Positions 63,101 through 64,000 of a stretch of DNA of 64,000 nt are shown here, one piece after another. The notes below the pieces were generated by a model, which ran no database searches, was not told the DNA's origin, and saw only the letters and a list, made by a program, of their open reading frames with translations. How positions within the stretch are numbered: the first letter of the stretch is position 1; the number at the start of each line of letters is the position of its first letter. The DNA comes from Eledone cirrhosa (lineage: Eukaryota): the NCBI GenBank assembly GCA_964016885.1, contig OZ024765.1:7006001-7070000 (forward strand). Reading direction: 5' to 3'. The position numbers and the translations under genes were made by a program.

Positions 63101-64000
63101 AAAATATTGTTAATGCAAGATTTTACTCTAATGTAATAAATGTTACTTTTAAAAGACCGAAGTTCTCAATTTTCTTCTTTCTCTTGTATATTGATATCTA
63201 AAGGATGACAACTGTATGAATTATGTGATAGGGAGGGGAAAAAAAAGCCACGACCTTCTTCTCTCGTTACAGAAGGCTAACTGACAACGTCTTTCGCAGG
63301 AGTGACTAGTACTACTGCCTTTTATATACCGTGACAACTGGAAAGACGTGACAAATAAGGATACACTCTGCTCTCCTTATCAACATTGTCCGAGTCTGAG
63401 GACCTTTCCTCCCTGGTTAAGGAGTGAGATAAAATATTAGGGATCAATCTCTAGCAATAATTTTTATCTAATTATTATCAAACAAAACAGATTTATATAT
63501 TGTCGCCGTTGTACGTTAACATCGCAAATATATTTATATACACACCAAGGATGGAGGGACGACGGAATTGAAAACAATTATTGCTGAGTACATCACGGCA
63601 AGATCTAATCTAATAGATACACACACTCTCCCGTATATATTTAATAATCAGCTATGACCATGAAGAAGGTCCCTGTAGATCATCTGGTTGTAGGATCTAA
63701 TGAACCCGAATGAAAGTGAAAATATATTTTATGAAAGCCCCAGAAGAATAAATGTAAACATTGACTCGATTATAGTAGAAATAAGAATGAGAAAGCCATG
63801 AACGCCATCACATCTATTTTGCTTGGAAATTGAAAGTAGGTTTATAAATATAAATTTTTTCTTATGTTCTTGTATCTGTTTCGTTGGCCTAATAGTAGGT
63901 GTTAGAGACTGATGTGGTGTTCAATCTCAGTCCGAATCTGTACTATATATTTAAAAATTTAAATTTTTCTCTAGTAAAGTAAAAAATGAAATTATTATCT

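Larger units (their letters stand above)
35390..64000. repeat. ~4.48-kb macrosatellite / tandem segmental duplication, ~6.4 copies, truncated by the window end
   Basis: Identical ORF landmarks at 38292, 42774, 47256, 51739, 56247 and 60738 (periods 4482, 4482, 4483, 4508, 4491). The first partial copy (35.4-36.3 kb) is clearly diverged. Confidence 0.97.

Noticed and set aside
35390-64000. rDNA, 5S, histone or snRNA tandem cluster
   Set aside because: No rRNA, histone or spliceosomal snRNA sequence recognised in the unit.

Overview
Eukaryotic, AT-rich, repeat-dominated DNA. The SINE/LINE repertoire looks like a coleoid cephalopod (octopus-type) genome; this is inference. Almost every entry in the ORF track is an artefact of microsatellites or antisense readthrough. 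The window has four zones. (1) 1-6.4 kb holds the 5' end of an unidentified spliced minus-strand gene for a secreted protein: three phase-compatible coding exons, with introns inflated by SINEs, a CT minisatellite and a 93-bp satellite amplified from the end of a TTAA-CCC MITE. (2) 6.7-23 kb holds a 148-bp higher-order TA/TG satellite, two tRNA-derived SINE families, RTE, Penelope-like and Tc1/mariner fragments, several near-perfect palindromes (some with hammerhead-like motifs) and one isolated aldo-keto reductase exon. (3) 23-35.3 kb is one ~12-kb palindrome centred near 29,530. Each arm is itself an inverted repeat, and the arms carry arm-specific R4/Dong, Merlin, Helitron-like and SINE insertions. 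(4) 35.4-64 kb is a ~4.48-kb macrosatellite (about 6.4 copies, running off the window). Each unit carries a hidden spliced minus-strand reading frame ending ...RNPCGYLDRCPDVH*, a paralogous terminal exon, a TATA element, four tRNA-like A/B-box modules in inverted pairs around a palindrome, and a decayed CR1-like LINE fragment.
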